A stretch of 64,000 bases of DNA from Acidobacteriota bacterium (lineage in GTDB: Bacteria; Acidobacteriota; UBA6911; RPQK01; JAJDTT01), in assembly GCA_965263035.1 (NCBI GenBank), contig OZ253580.1:2464001-2528000 (forward strand). Direction: 5' to 3'. Of the stretch, positions 30,578 to 41,887 are shown piece by piece. The notes under the pieces are model-generated. The model made no database searches, was not told where the DNA came from, and saw only the letters and a list, made by a program, of their open reading frames with translations. How positions within the stretch are numbered: position 1 is the stretch's first letter; each line of letters opens with the position of its first letter. The position numbers and the translations under genes are program-made.

Positions 30578-31121
30578 CTGATCTCCGTTGAAGTCCCGAA
30601 TGGGGCGCCTCCGGATCCCGGCGAACAGGAACAGCCTACGTTTTGCGATGAATCCGGTCTATACGAAGCATTCTTCCGTTGGCCGGCGGCGATTGTCAAC
30701 GTTCAATACATATAACGACGGCCGCGAAGAATAGATGATCGATCCTTGAAAAACGTGTCCATCAAACTCGAGAGTATCCATGTTGCAAGTGGTGGGTGCT
30801 AATCGGTGTTTCCATCCCGTGTCGTTAGTACGTGATCTGGCCGGTCCAAAGGGCACAGGGTTAGGAGGAGCGTTCTTCCGCCGGAGGTGAGGCGGAGATC
30901 GAGCTGGATCCAGCGGGCGCCGTGCAGGGGGCGATGAGTGGACGGATCAACTGGATCGAGGGACCTGAGATCGTCGACGTCAGTCCTCCGGGAGGTCCGG
31001 ATACGCCCTGAAGAGCTTTCATGGCCGTAAGCAAGCTTCCGGCCAGACCTGACCGGAAGTTCGACAGACGGCCATCAGGGGGTCCACACGCTCCCTTTCC
31101 TCACGGGGTCTCTCCGTGGCC

Positions 31122-32069
31122 TCAGAAGGTCGCTCGGGGCGCTACGGGCAACCAGGTGCGGTCCTGCCGGACGAGGGTGTTGGCCAGGACGATGAGCTTG
31201 CGCATGACGGCGACGAGGGCCACCTTGCCGGGCTTGCCGCGCTCGCTCAGCCTCCGGTACACCTCGGCCAAGTCGGGGTTCCAGCGCAGGGCGGCCACCG
31301 CCGGCATGTACAGGAGCCGTCGCCCCCGCGCCCGTCCGCTCCGGATGAAGGCCCGGCCCTGCCAAGCCCCCGACTCGCGCGGAACGGCCGCCAGCCCGGC
31401 CAGACTGGCGGCGGCCTTGCCGCTGAGGGCGCCCAGCTCGGGCATCTCGGCCAGCAGACCGGCGGCGGTGGTGGCCGCGATCCCGGGAATGGAGGTGAGG
31501 ATCTCCAGCTTGCGGGCCCGCGCCTCGTCGGCCGCAATCAGCTGCTGCATTTTGCGGTCGATGGCGCGCAGGTGGCGCTCGAACACGTTGATCTGGGTCT
31601 GGTTCTGCTGTTTGAGCAAGGGTTCGCGGAGCTGTTGGCGGCGGTTGAGCAGGGCCGTGCGCTGGCGGATCAGCGCGTCCCGGGCCGTCTGCAGTTCCTG
31701 GAGCCGGCGTTGCGTTTTGGACGGGGCCGGGGTCCGGCGCGGATCCAGGCTGGCGGCCATCTGGGCCAGTTTCCGAGCGTCTACGGCGTCGATCTTGGCA
31801 CGGCTCCCGGTCGCCCGGGCGAAACACCGGGCCTGCCAGGGGTTCACCTTGGCCAACGGCAGCTTCGCTTTGGACAGCGCTTCCTCGAGGTCCCGGTGGT
31901 AGGGGCCGGTGGCCTCGTACGCGACGCACTCGTCCGGAGTTCCGATCCAATCGATCAGCGCCCGGAAGCCGGCCGGGTCATTGTCGAACTGGGCGGAATG
32001 GCCGTCGGCCAGCCGGTGCGCGTCCAGGTGCGCTTTCGAGATGTCGATGCCTACGGTATGCTGTTTCAT
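31122..32069 (-). CDS. IS110 DEDD recombinase/transposase
   Basis: 315-aa paralog of 19928-20875. Confidence 0.95.
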   Translation of the reverse strand: MKQHTVGIDISKAHLDAHRLADGHSAQFDNDPAGFRALIDWIGTPDECVAYEATGPYHRDLEEALSKAKLPLAKVNPWQARCFARATGSRAKIDAVDARKLAQMAASLDPRRTPAPSKTQRRLQELQTARDALIRQRTALLNRRQQLREPLLKQQNQTQINVFERHLRAIDRKMQQLIAADEARARKLEILTSIPGIAATTAAGLLAEMPELGALSGKAAASLAGLAAVPRESGAWQGRAFIRSGRARGRRLLYMPAVAALRWNPDLAEVYRRLSERGKPGKVALVAVMRKLIVLANTLVRQDRTWLPVAPRATF

Positions 32070-32249
32070 CTTTCCGGTCTCCTGTGCTTGTCATTCGGGC
32101 CTTGATGCCCTTGTATCCATTCAGGACATCGGGAAAGACGGTGGCCGACCTGACTGCTTTTCGGTTCGCAAAAGTCCGCGGCGGTACGGTCCAGCCACCG
32201 CCGTCCGGGTCGCTCATGAGCGACCCGGACGGGCCTATTTAAACAGACA
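32070..32249 (-). ncRNA. Putative IS110 bridge RNA (copy 2, altered right target guide)
   Basis: Same scaffold as copy 1; plus-strand CTGCTT replaces CTCCCA. Confidence 0.7.
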
Positions 32250-32469
32250 AGCGGCGGTTTTCTTGCCGCCGATCAGGGGGGAACGGCGGTTTCCAACCGC
32301 CGAACTCCTGAGTGACAGTTTGGCGTCTAAGAATGAGCGATTGGAAATCGCCTCTCCGTTCGTCTAAGAATGGGCGATTGGAAATCGCCCCTCCGTTCGT
32401 CTTTTTGCAGCCTCTGTTCATGGCTTGCGGAGCAGGTCCCGGCGCCATATGCCACAAGGAGAACCCGAA

Positions 32470-32661
32470 ATGAGCCCGGAACTTATTGGAATCATCGTTG
32501 CCTCTATCGCGTTGGGAGGGTTGATGATCTCCCTGTTTGCCCGGCTGCGATCCGACATCAGCCGGCTCCAGGATGGATTCGCTCAGATCCGGCAACCCGT
32601 GGCACACATTGAGGGCCTCCTGAAAGGCCTGCGTGACTCCATTGCCGCACGGACAGATTGA
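32470..32661 (+). CDS. Small single-TM coiled-coil protein
   Basis: MSPELIGIIVASIALGGL, VAHIEGLLKGLRD; AGGAG RBS. Confidence 0.75.
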   Translation: MSPELIGIIVASIALGGLMISLFARLRSDISRLQDGFAQIRQPVAHIEGLLKGLRDSIAARTD

Positions 32662-32838
32662 GCGATCACGAGTAAGAGGCCACGACTTACCAGACCTGAT
32701 CCTCAATAAGCGTGTCCATGGCACTCTGGAGCTGCCGGTTGTAGGTTCCGAACTCCTTATCCTCCGTCGGGGAGTTTAAGAATGGGCGATTGGAAATCGC
32801 CCCTCCTATTCCTTCCTCTCCGGTAGACTTGTCTATCC

Positions 32839-33789
32839 ATGCGCGTCAGTGTCGTGATTCCGACCTACAACCGGTCCCGGATCCTGGGGCGGACGTTGGA
32901 GGCGCTGGGCCGGCAGTCGCTGGCGAAGCGTTTCGTGGACGACTCGGGGGTCGGCGTTCCCTACGAGGTGATCGTGGTGGACGACGGGTCCTCGGACGAC
33001 ACGGCCGATCGGGTTCGGGGGATGGCGGGGGGGTATCCGGTCCCGTTGATCTACCTCCACCAGGAGAACCGCAGGCAGGGGGCGGCGCGGAACCTGGGCG
33101 TGCGGCGGGCCCGTGGGGACTGGTTGGTCTTTCTGGGGGACGACACGGTTCCCGAGGCCGATTTCCTGGTGGAGCATCTGCGGGCCCGCGGCGGCGGGGA
33201 AGAGGGAGCGGACCGGGTAGTGGCGATCGGGTACACGCCCTGGGCCCGAGAGTATTGCCCGACCCGGTTCATGAAGTACGTGGGGGAGGAGGGGTGGCAG
33301 TTCGGGTTCTCGCTGATCGAGGACAAATCGTCCGTCCCCTTCAATTTCTTCTACACCAGCAACCTCTCCATCTCCCGGGAGTTCTTCCGGGAGTCGGGTG
33401 GGTTCGACGAGGACTTCGGCGAGTACGGGTGGGAGGACATCGAACTGGGGTGGCGGCTCCACCGGATGGGGATGCGGCTGGTCTACCATCCCCGGGCGGT
33501 GGCCTACCATCACCACCCGACCTCGGTGCGGGCCTTCGTCCGCCGCCAGCGGCGGGTCGGCGCCTCGGCCTGGAACTTCTACCGGAAGCATCCCGAGATG
33601 GCGGACTTTCTCAACGTCGGCCGCCTGCCCCGTTACCGGCTCCGGGACCGGATCCGCATGGAGCTTCTGACCTGGATCTGCGCCTGGACCGAGAGGAGGC
33701 TTTGGCCAGACCTGAGTTCTTTCTATCCCGACCTCATGAGCTACCACTACAATTTGGGGTTGCTTCAAGGCCGGCGGGAGGAACGGTAG
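32839..33789 (+). CDS. Glycosyltransferase family 2
   Basis: VSVVIPTYNR, VDDGSSD, FLGDD, YGWEDIELG. Confidence 0.92.
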   Translation: MRVSVVIPTYNRSRILGRTLEALGRQSLAKRFVDDSGVGVPYEVIVVDDGSSDDTADRVRGMAGGYPVPLIYLHQENRRQGAARNLGVRRARGDWLVFLGDDTVPEADFLVEHLRARGGGEEGADRVVAIGYTPWAREYCPTRFMKYVGEEGWQFGFSLIEDKSSVPFNFFYTSNLSISREFFRESGGFDEDFGEYGWEDIELGWRLHRMGMRLVYHPRAVAYHHHPTSVRAFVRRQRRVGASAWNFYRKHPEMADFLNVGRLPRYRLRDRIRMELLTWICAWTERRLWPDLSSFYPDLMSYHYNLGLLQGRREER

Positions 33790-33791
33790 AC

Positions 33792-34862
33792 ATGCCCAGC
33801 ACCCACGATCCCAGGCTGACGGTGATCATCCCCACGTGGAACCGGGCGCGGCTGCTGGAGAGATGCCTCTCGTCGCTGGCCCGGCAACGGGTGAGATGCC
33901 CCGTCCTGGTGGTGGACAACGGCTCCACCGACTCGACCCGGGAGATGCTGGAGACCCGGTTTTCCGGGGTGGAGGTGCTGGCGCTGGAGGAGAACCAGGG
34001 GTTCGCCCGGGCGGTGAATCGGGGCATCCTCCATTGCAGCTCCGATTTCGTGGCGCTCCTGAACAACGACACGGAGGTGGACCCGGGCTGGGTGGAGGCG
34101 GGACTGGCGGCGTTCGACCGGAACCCCTCCTACTGGTTCCTGGCTTCCCGAATGATGGACTACCGGCAGAGGAACCGGATCGACAGCGCCGGAGACGGCT
34201 ACGACCGGACGGGGATGCCCTTCAAGCGGGGCCGGGGCGATCCGTGCGAGCTCCACAGCCGCAGCCGGCCGGTGCTGGGGGCCAGCGCGGGGGCCGCTTT
34301 CTACCGCCGCGACCTGTTCCGGCGCATCGGCCTTTTCGACGAGAAATACTACATGTACCTGGAGGACGTGGAGCTGAGCCTGAGGGCCCAGCTCACCGGA
34401 CATCCCTGCCTCTACGTCCCGGAGGCCGTCGTCTACCATATCGAGGCCGCGTCCGATCCCTCCAGGGAGGACCTGGTAGCAGACCTCCTAGCGCCGGAAG
34501 AGGAGGAACGCCGAATCGTCCGTCCGGTGAAGACGGACGCTGGACTCGGGCCGGTCCAACCCGAGCCGGACATACCTCCGCTACCCGTCTGCTATTCGCC
34601 ATCCCGGGTCTACTGGATCACCCGGAACCGGTGGCAGTTGATGGTGAGCTATCAACTGGGCCGGAACCTGTTCCAGTTGGCCTACGGCTGGGCCCGCAGC
34701 ACGGCGTTCCATGCCGTCAAGGCAGGCTATCTGGGATCGTTCCTGCGAGGCCTCGCGGCGGGGATGGCCCGGACTCCTCACGCTCTAGTCAAACGCTTTC
34801 GAGTGCGGCGGGACCGGGTTCTCAGCGGACGGGAAATATGCCGACTGATGAACGGGTGCTAG
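33792..34862 (+). CDS. Glycosyltransferase family 2
   Basis: VIIPTWN, VDNGSTD, LLNNDT, YMYLEDVEL. Confidence 0.9.
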   Translation: MPSTHDPRLTVIIPTWNRARLLERCLSSLARQRVRCPVLVVDNGSTDSTREMLETRFSGVEVLALEENQGFARAVNRGILHCSSDFVALLNNDTEVDPGWVEAGLAAFDRNPSYWFLASRMMDYRQRNRIDSAGDGYDRTGMPFKRGRGDPCELHSRSRPVLGASAGAAFYRRDLFRRIGLFDEKYYMYLEDVELSLRAQLTGHPCLYVPEAVVYHIEAASDPSREDLVADLLAPEEEERRIVRPVKTDAGLGPVQPEPDIPPLPVCYSPSRVYWITRNRWQLMVSYQLGRNLFQLAYGWARSTAFHAVKAGYLGSFLRGLAAGMARTPHALVKRFRVRRDRVLSGREICRLMNGC

Positions 34863-35749
34863 CGATCGTCGTCAACTGGAACGGCCGCGAGGTCCTCCCG
34901 GAGACGTTGGACGCGCTGCGCTCGATCCTGCACCAACCCCTCGAGATAGTCGTCGTGGACAACGGATCCACCGACGGTTCCGCCTCTTTGGTACAGGAAC
35001 CGGTGGGTCTGGTGACGCTGGACGATAACCGGGGATACGCCGGTGCCCTCAACGCGGTCCTCCGGCCGGTACTGGAAGGGGATAAAGGCGCCGGCGAGGG
35101 GCCGCCCGACTACTTCCTGCTGCTGAACAACGACATCCTGGCGGAGCCGGCGACGGTTTCCCGGTTGCTGGAACGGGCCCGGGAGAAGGGACCCGGGGTC
35201 TACGGCCCCAAGGTCCTGCTCCAGAACCGTCCCGACCGGCTGGACGCCGCTTGGGGACGAATCACCTGGAGTCACGTCCTTTCCTCCTTCCGGGGCAAGG
35301 GAGCCCGGAACCGGGCGCGGTTCGACCGGGTCCGGCGGGTGCAACTGCTGCTGGGATGCGCGCTGCTGGTCCACCGGCAAGTGTTCCAGGACGTGGGCCT
35401 CTTCGACGAGCGGTTCTTCATGTATCACGAGGAGGTGGACTTCCTCTTCCGGGTGGAACGGCGGGGGTACCCGTCCTATTACTGTCCTGCGGCGCGTGTC
35501 CATCACCGCCGCGCCCACTCCACGCGGGACAAGCCGTTGCAGCGGGTGTTCTGGGTTCGGCGGAACACGGTGCTGTTCTTGCGAAAACACAAAGTCGGCG
35601 CTTGGGGGTGGGGCATTTGGGGCAAGACGCTGGTGTTGAGTCTCGTCTGGAACGTCCTGTTGTTTCGGTGGCAGCGGGTGACGGCGATTTGGCGAGGCGT
35701 CATCGCGGGGATGCGGCAAGAAAGAGGAACCGGAGGGGGGACCTCCTAG
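34838..35749 (+). CDS. Glycosyltransferase family 2
   Basis: IVVNWNG, VDNGSTD, LLNND, FFMYHEEVD. Confidence 0.9.
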   Translation: MPTDERVLAIVVNWNGREVLPETLDALRSILHQPLEIVVVDNGSTDGSASLVQEPVGLVTLDDNRGYAGALNAVLRPVLEGDKGAGEGPPDYFLLLNNDILAEPATVSRLLERAREKGPGVYGPKVLLQNRPDRLDAAWGRITWSHVLSSFRGKGARNRARFDRVRRVQLLLGCALLVHRQVFQDVGLFDERFFMYHEEVDFLFRVERRGYPSYYCPAARVHHRRAHSTRDKPLQRVFWVRRNTVLFLRKHKVGAWGWGIWGKTLVLSLVWNVLLFRWQRVTAIWRGVIAGMRQERGTGGGTS

Positions 35750-35754
35750 TCGCC

Positions 35755-35867
35755 CAGGAGGGACAACTTTCTTGTCGCCTGGTCCGTGCTGCAGAAGAAG
35801 AAGAGGAGGGGGGACTAATCGTCCCCCCTAACCCCCCCTAATCGGCGGCAAGAAAGCCGCCGCTCCC
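35755..35867. repeat. Composite REP doublet copy 5 (inverted)
   Basis: Reverse complement of the 16409/18000 unit. Confidence 0.8.
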
Positions 35868-35909
35868 AAAAAAGAAAAAAGGGGCAACCGCGTGTGCGGT
35901 TGCCCCTTT
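35868..35909 (-). terminator. Intrinsic terminator of the large surface-protein gene
   Basis: GGGGCAACCGC/GCGGTTGCCCC hairpin followed by a T-run on the minus strand. Confidence 0.8.
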
Positions 35910-35933
35910 CGGGTTTGGCTCCGCTGAGGACCG

Positions 35934-38900
35934 TTACTGGACCGGGACCACCGGGAGGGTGGTGAAGATCCGGTTGTTGAAATCCATCTCCAGGGCTACG
36001 CCGGTGAACATGGACCCCGCCGGCGCGGTGCAGTGGACCGAGCCTTCGAAGTCGTCCGTGTTGGCACTCGGGAAGAGCTCGTTGATGAACTCGGAGTTCT
36101 GACCGTTGCCAGGCAGCTCGATCGGGTTCTCGCCCATCGGGTTGCCGCCCTTCATCAACCTGCAGGTCACCGTCGTCATTTCCGCCATAAGGTTGCGGAT
36201 CGCGGCGCCGGTGTTGATGCCGTCCGCCATGCGGCGGGCCGGGAAGATGGCGGCGTTGACGGCTTCGCTGGCTCCCACTCCGGCGACCCCGATGTTGGGG
36301 ATGTCGAAGCGGAGGACTCCGCCGATGGGTCCGTCGGAGACGACTCGCACCGAGCCGATCATGCCGTCGCCCATACCACTGGTGGAGATCGTCATTTCAC
36401 CCATGGGCGGGATCCCGTCCATGACCATCAAGGCCCCGTCGCTGTCGACCTCGACTCCGTCCATCATCGCGTCCACAACCATCGAGGCATCGATCATGTT
36501 GCCCATCTGGTCATAGAAGTAGATGGCCGGTGAGACAGCCGAGCTGGCCACGTTGACGAAGACCAGGTCGGAACTGGTTGCCGTTCCTCCGAAATCGCCG
36601 TTGGCGAAGTGCGCAAAGTTCAGCATCGACTCACCACTATCGGAGCCAGTGTTCAGCGGCACCACCGGGAGGGTCGTGAAGATCCCGTTGGGGGCATCCA
36701 ATTCCAGTGCAACTCCGGCGAACATCCCGCCGTCGGCGGCCGTGCAGCGCACTGATCCCACGAAGTCGGTGGTATTGGAACCCGGGAACATCTCGTGGAT
36801 GAACTCGGAGCTATGGCCGTCTCCAGCCAGCCTGACCATCTTGGTATCCATCACATCGCCGCCCTGCATCAGCATGCAGGTCACCGTCATAGGCTCGGAG
36901 CTGAGATTGCGGATCGCCGCGCCGGTGTTGACTCCACCCGCCATGCGGCGAGCCGGGAAGATGGCGTCGTTGACGGGCTCGCTGGCACCCACGCCGGCCA
37001 CACCGACGAAGGGGATGTCGAAGCGCAGCACGCCGCCCAAGCGGCCGCTGCCGAATACTCTCACCGAGCCGATCACCAGGGCACCTTCGCCGTTGGTCGA
37101 AATTGTCATTTCGCCTCTGCCTGCGATCCCCATGGGAACAGCCAACGAACCGTCGCCGGCCATCTCCAGGCCACCCATCAGATCCACCACCGAATCGGCG
37201 GGAATCATCTCGCCCATCTGGTTGTAGAAGTAGATGGCCGGGGTCACCGTGGAAGTCTCCACGTTCACCAACACGATGTCGGAGGTGATGGTCACCCCAG
37301 TCGATTGGCCGTTGGCAAAGTGGGCGAAGTCGATGCCCTCCATGGGCGTCGCCTCAACCGAGGCGGAGGCGCCAGTACCGATGGCGTTCACCGCTCTCAC
37401 CTCGATTTCATGGCCGATCCCGTTGGTCAGGCCCGTCATGGTGTAGCTGGTGGCACTCGCGCCGCCGGCCACGGCCATCCAGTTGCTCCACTGTCCACCG
37501 TTCATCCGATAGCGCACCTGGTAGCCGGTAATCGCGGACCCGCCATTATCGGCCGGCATCCCCCACATTACCGTGATGGTCTCGCTTTCGACTCTCGCCG
37601 TCAGGCCGGTCGGGGCGCTCGGATCTCGACCAGGCGTCGCGGTGGCTGCGGCCTCCAGACCTTCACTGATGCTGTTCACAGCTCGGACCTGGAATCCATA
37701 TTCCGTGCCGTTGGTAAGGCCGGTGACCGTGAGGCTCGTGGCATTGGGGCCGCCACTGACCGTCGCCCAGGCGCCGTAGGATTCACCGACCGCGCCGTAG
37801 CGGTATTCGTACCGGAGAATCTGCGAGCCGCCGTCATCCGGAGCACCCCAGCTCAGAGCGACTTGCTCATCACCGCCGGTGGCCGTCAGATTCGCCGGCG
37901 CACCCGGAGCGGATTCCGCCAACGTGGCGCTGGCCGTGGTCCCCTCGCCTCCGCCGACGGCGTTCACTGCCCGCACCTCGAAGGTGTAGGAGGTCCCGTT
38001 TTCCAGACCGGTCACCGTGTAACTGGTGGCGCTGGCCCCGCCGGGAATGGTCGTCCATGCAGTGAAACCGCTACCGCTCTCCTGAGAACGGTATTCGTAG
38101 CGGGCGATGGGCGATCCACCGTCGTTCGCCGGCGTGCTCCAACTCAAAGTCACTTGCTGGTTTCCGGCAGTAGCCGTCAGCCTACCAGGCGCATCCGGGG
38201 TGCCCTCCACAGGAATGGTCACGGTCACCGGCGCGGGCTCTACACCCGCGTAGTCCGCGCCGCTCACCGAATGCGTCAGTGTGACCGATTGTACTTCCTC
38301 GCTGCCGGCCTCTTTATCCACCTTCACCGTCACGGTCTGTTCCGAATTCCAGTTCGCCGTCGTGAAGGTCAACGGCGAACCGCTCACCGTCACATCGTCT
38401 CTCGGGCTATTGACCCTGATCGTTACGGCATCCGTTGGCTGGGTATTCAGCCGGAGGCGGTAGGTTCCCGTCCCGCCCGCCCCGATGGTGAGCGATGTCG
38501 GAGCGACTGTCACACCAATCGTGTCGTTATCGCTGAGCGTCACCAGCACGGGCGAAATCGTCAGGGACTGCACCCCGTCCGTATTCGAGTCTATATCTTC
38601 GTATTCGTCGGCGCCGCTCACCTTGTGGGTCAGCGTCACTGGCACGTCTTGGACCGCGTCATCGTCCTCCGACACACTCACCGTCACCGATTGCTCACGG
38701 TTCCAGTTGGTGGTCGAGAACGACACCCGCGACCTGCTCACACTCACGTCGCCGGATGCGCCGGAAATGTCCACATACACCGACGCTGTCGGCGCCTTGG
38801 TCAGCACCATCGAGTAGGAATCATTACCGCCTTCAGTGATCGACAAAGAGGTCGGGTTCACGGCAACATCTGGATTCTCGGCACTCAGGACCTCCACCAT

Positions 38901-41692
38901 GACGGTCTCGTTTTGGCCGGCACCGTAGTCCTGACCCGAGCTGGACACAGAGTTCGTCACATTTGCCGACCCCGATGCGCTGGAAGTCGCATTCACCCTG
39001 ACGGTCCGGGCCGTGAACCAATTGCTGGGGGTGAAGGTCAGCGAACTGGGGCTCACGGTGGTACCTGTGGGCCCGCCGCTAATCGTCACTGTCACATCGT
39101 CGTCCGGTTTCGTATTGAGCACCAAGGTATACGTCCGGCTCGTACCCTGTGGGATCTCCATTTTCGCCGGCTTCACCGTCAGACCCGCCGTGTCGTTATC
39201 GTCAATGGTTACCATCACCCCGCTTGCCGGTACATTGTCATAGCCGCCGCCATTCAGTGCGTGCATTAGGGTTACAGACCCGTCCGTTCCGTTCTCATCC
39301 TCTGCCGCGCGCACCGTCACGTCCTGCGGAATGTTCCAGTTGCGTTGAGTAAAGGTCAGCGTGGTCGGACTGACCACCAGAGACTCGTCTCTTGCGGCAG
39401 CCAAGCCACCCAAGCTCACCGTTACCGAACCCGTGGGCTCGGTCGTCAGCACGACGGTGTAGGACCTCGCTGCCGATCCCTCCATGACCGTCAGTCGGCT
39501 GGGAGTTACGATCACCCTCTTGGGGTCGTTGTCGGTGATTGTGACCGTCACCGTGCCCCCGGTCACGCCGTTGTAGCCACCGCCGCTTGCAGCGTGGTCC
39601 AGTATTACCGCCTCGTCCGGTTCTCCGTCGGCGTCTTGGCCAGCCTTTACCTCCACCGACTGCGGTTCATTCCAGTTGCTGGTGGTGAAAACCAGACGGG
39701 ATGGCTTCACGGTCACATCGCCGGTCGCGCCGCGCACCATGACCGTCACGGTCCCCGTCGGTTGTGCTTCGAGGCTGACCATGTATTCGCCAGTCTTACC
39801 CTCGGTAAGCGGTAAAGAATCGGGAGTTGCGAGGATACCTCGGTTTTCGTCCTCCCGGATCGTGACCGTGACGCTGTCCACTCTCTGGCGGTCGTAGTCG
39901 CCGCCGCGCACCGTGTGGCTCAACGTCACAGGGCTGTCCGGCTCCCCGTCCGGATCTGGGGCGGCACTGACCACCACTGGCTTTTCCTGGTTCCAATCGG
40001 TGGCAGTGAATCTCAACTGTGACGGGCTCACGGTGACGTCGCCCGACGCGCCACTGATCGTCACCGTCACATTGCCATCACGATCGCCAACAGGCTGGGA
40101 CTTCAGCGAGATAGTGTAGGTTGCGTCTGCGCCTTCCTCGACTTCAAGCGACGTCGAGGAAACATTGACGCCCCGCGGATCGTTATCGCTGACCGTCACC
40201 CGCAACATGCCGTTGGCCAGGATCAATCCGGTATCCGTGGTTTGCCTATGCGTCAACATCGCGGTTTCCGAGACGGCATCATTGTCCTCGTCCACGGACA
40301 CCGTCACTGGCTGCGCGTCGTTCCAGTCATCCGTCGTAAAGGCCAAAGTTTCTGGTTTGACTGTCACGTCCGCATTCGAGGAGGCCATCGCCACCGTCAG
40401 AGGATCCGTTGGATCACCAGCCAGTCTCACGGTGTACGTCCTGGTCGCGCCCTCGTTGATGCTCAACGAACTTGGACTGAGCCTGACACCAGTCGGGGCA
40501 CTTGAGACAGAAACGTTGACTGACTGAATAGTCACACCGTCGTAGGCCTGGTCCCTGCTGCTGGACGAATCGTCCACTGTATGGGTCACATCTACAGACC
40601 CCGACGCATCCGATTGCGTACGAACCGTCACCGTCCGCGGGTCGTCCCAGTTGCTCGTCGAGAAACTCAGGCGGGTCGGGCTCACCGTCACGCCTTCAAG
40701 ATCCGTATCTTCGGCCACTGTAATGGCCACCGTGCGGGTCGGCCGAGTATCGAGCATTACCGTGTATGTGGCGTTTGCGCCCGCCGCAATACTCAGCAAC
40801 CTGGTACTCACGGAAACTCCCCAGGTGTCGTTGTCGGTGACCGTCACCGACACTGTGCCAGGTGTGGGGCTCACAGCCACTCCGGTGTAGTCGCCACCTC
40901 GGACCGTGTGCGTCAGGATCGCTTCGTCGGTCTCCGCGTCGAAATCCTCGCCCGCAAACACGGTCACCGGCTGCTCCATCTCGTAGTTTTCCGCGGTGAA
41001 GAACAACCGGGACGGACTCACCGTGATCTCGCCTGAAGCGCCACCGATGTCCACGGTCACCGTTCCCGTTGGTTCCGTCCCCAGCACCACCATGTAGGAA
41101 CCAGTCTCCTCGGCTTCCCTGAAGGTCAAGGAAGTCTCACTCAAGGTTACGCTTCGGGTGTCATCATCCTTGACCGTCACCCTCACTGACACGTTGCTTA
41201 CGGCCACGGCATCATCATCGTCGCCATGGTCGCCGTGTGCGTGAGCGTCATTGTCTCCGAGACTGCGTCAGCATCCTCCTCCGTACTCACTGTCACCGTC
41301 CGCGAGTCGTCCCAGTTGCCATCGTCTTGATCTGGCGCCGAGTCTGCCGTGAAGGTGAATACGAGCGTCCCGTCCGTTGTATCAGCACCTGGGGAATCGG
41401 AGTCCACCGTAACGTCCGCGGCGGCGGTAGGCGCTCCCACCACCGTAATTTTCACATCCTCGGACGGTTCTGTGTTCAACTCAATCGTGTAGTTGCCATT
41501 TTCGCCTTCGTCGATTTCCAGCGTCCTGGGATCCACGGTCACGGCCAGGCTGCCCTGGGCGAAGGCCAGTTGCGGCGCCGCCAGAAACATCACGGCCAAG
41601 AGGGGGAGAAATCCCCTGCCCAGGTGGTAGAAGTAACGTTTCCTGGAACCGTCACAGAACGATATGGATTGACCAGCATCACGTCTCAGCAT
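35934..41692 (-). CDS. Large secreted adhesin-like protein: Thr/Val-rich beta-sandwich repeats, three Fn3 domains, duplicated C-terminal domain; split by a 1-nt frameshift near 41226
   Basis: Signal peptide ending LAFAQ; repeated EG..Y...L...P...V.V....L.FT..NW...Q.V.V motif; DGGSPI/LTNG Fn3 motifs; FAHFANG domain twice; ORFs 41198-41776 and 35934-41207 join if one base is added. Confidence 0.85.
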
Positions 41693-41887
41693 GGGTTTCC
41701 TCCCAATTCGGCGAACTGGCTGCGAATTCTGGAAATAGCACAGCAGATGCTCTTGGCACAATTCGGGCAGCTTCACTGATCAAAAATAGAACAACGCCTC
41801 TGACACGACACTCTCCAGTCGATAAGCTGCGTGTGCCTGAGAGTTTTCCGCACATTATAAATACAGTCTTGCAGACCTTACCTCCAA

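Larger units (their letters stand above)
30773..32251 (-). mobile_element. IS110-family element copy 2
   Basis: Same ends and CT cores as copy 1; left flank AAAACCGCCG-CT, right flank CT-CTCGAG. Confidence 0.9.

Noticed and set aside
41745-41770. Sixth ECF promoter upstream of the adhesin
   Set aside because: GCATCT is present, but the position 15 nt upstream reads CTGCC rather than GC(A/G)AC.
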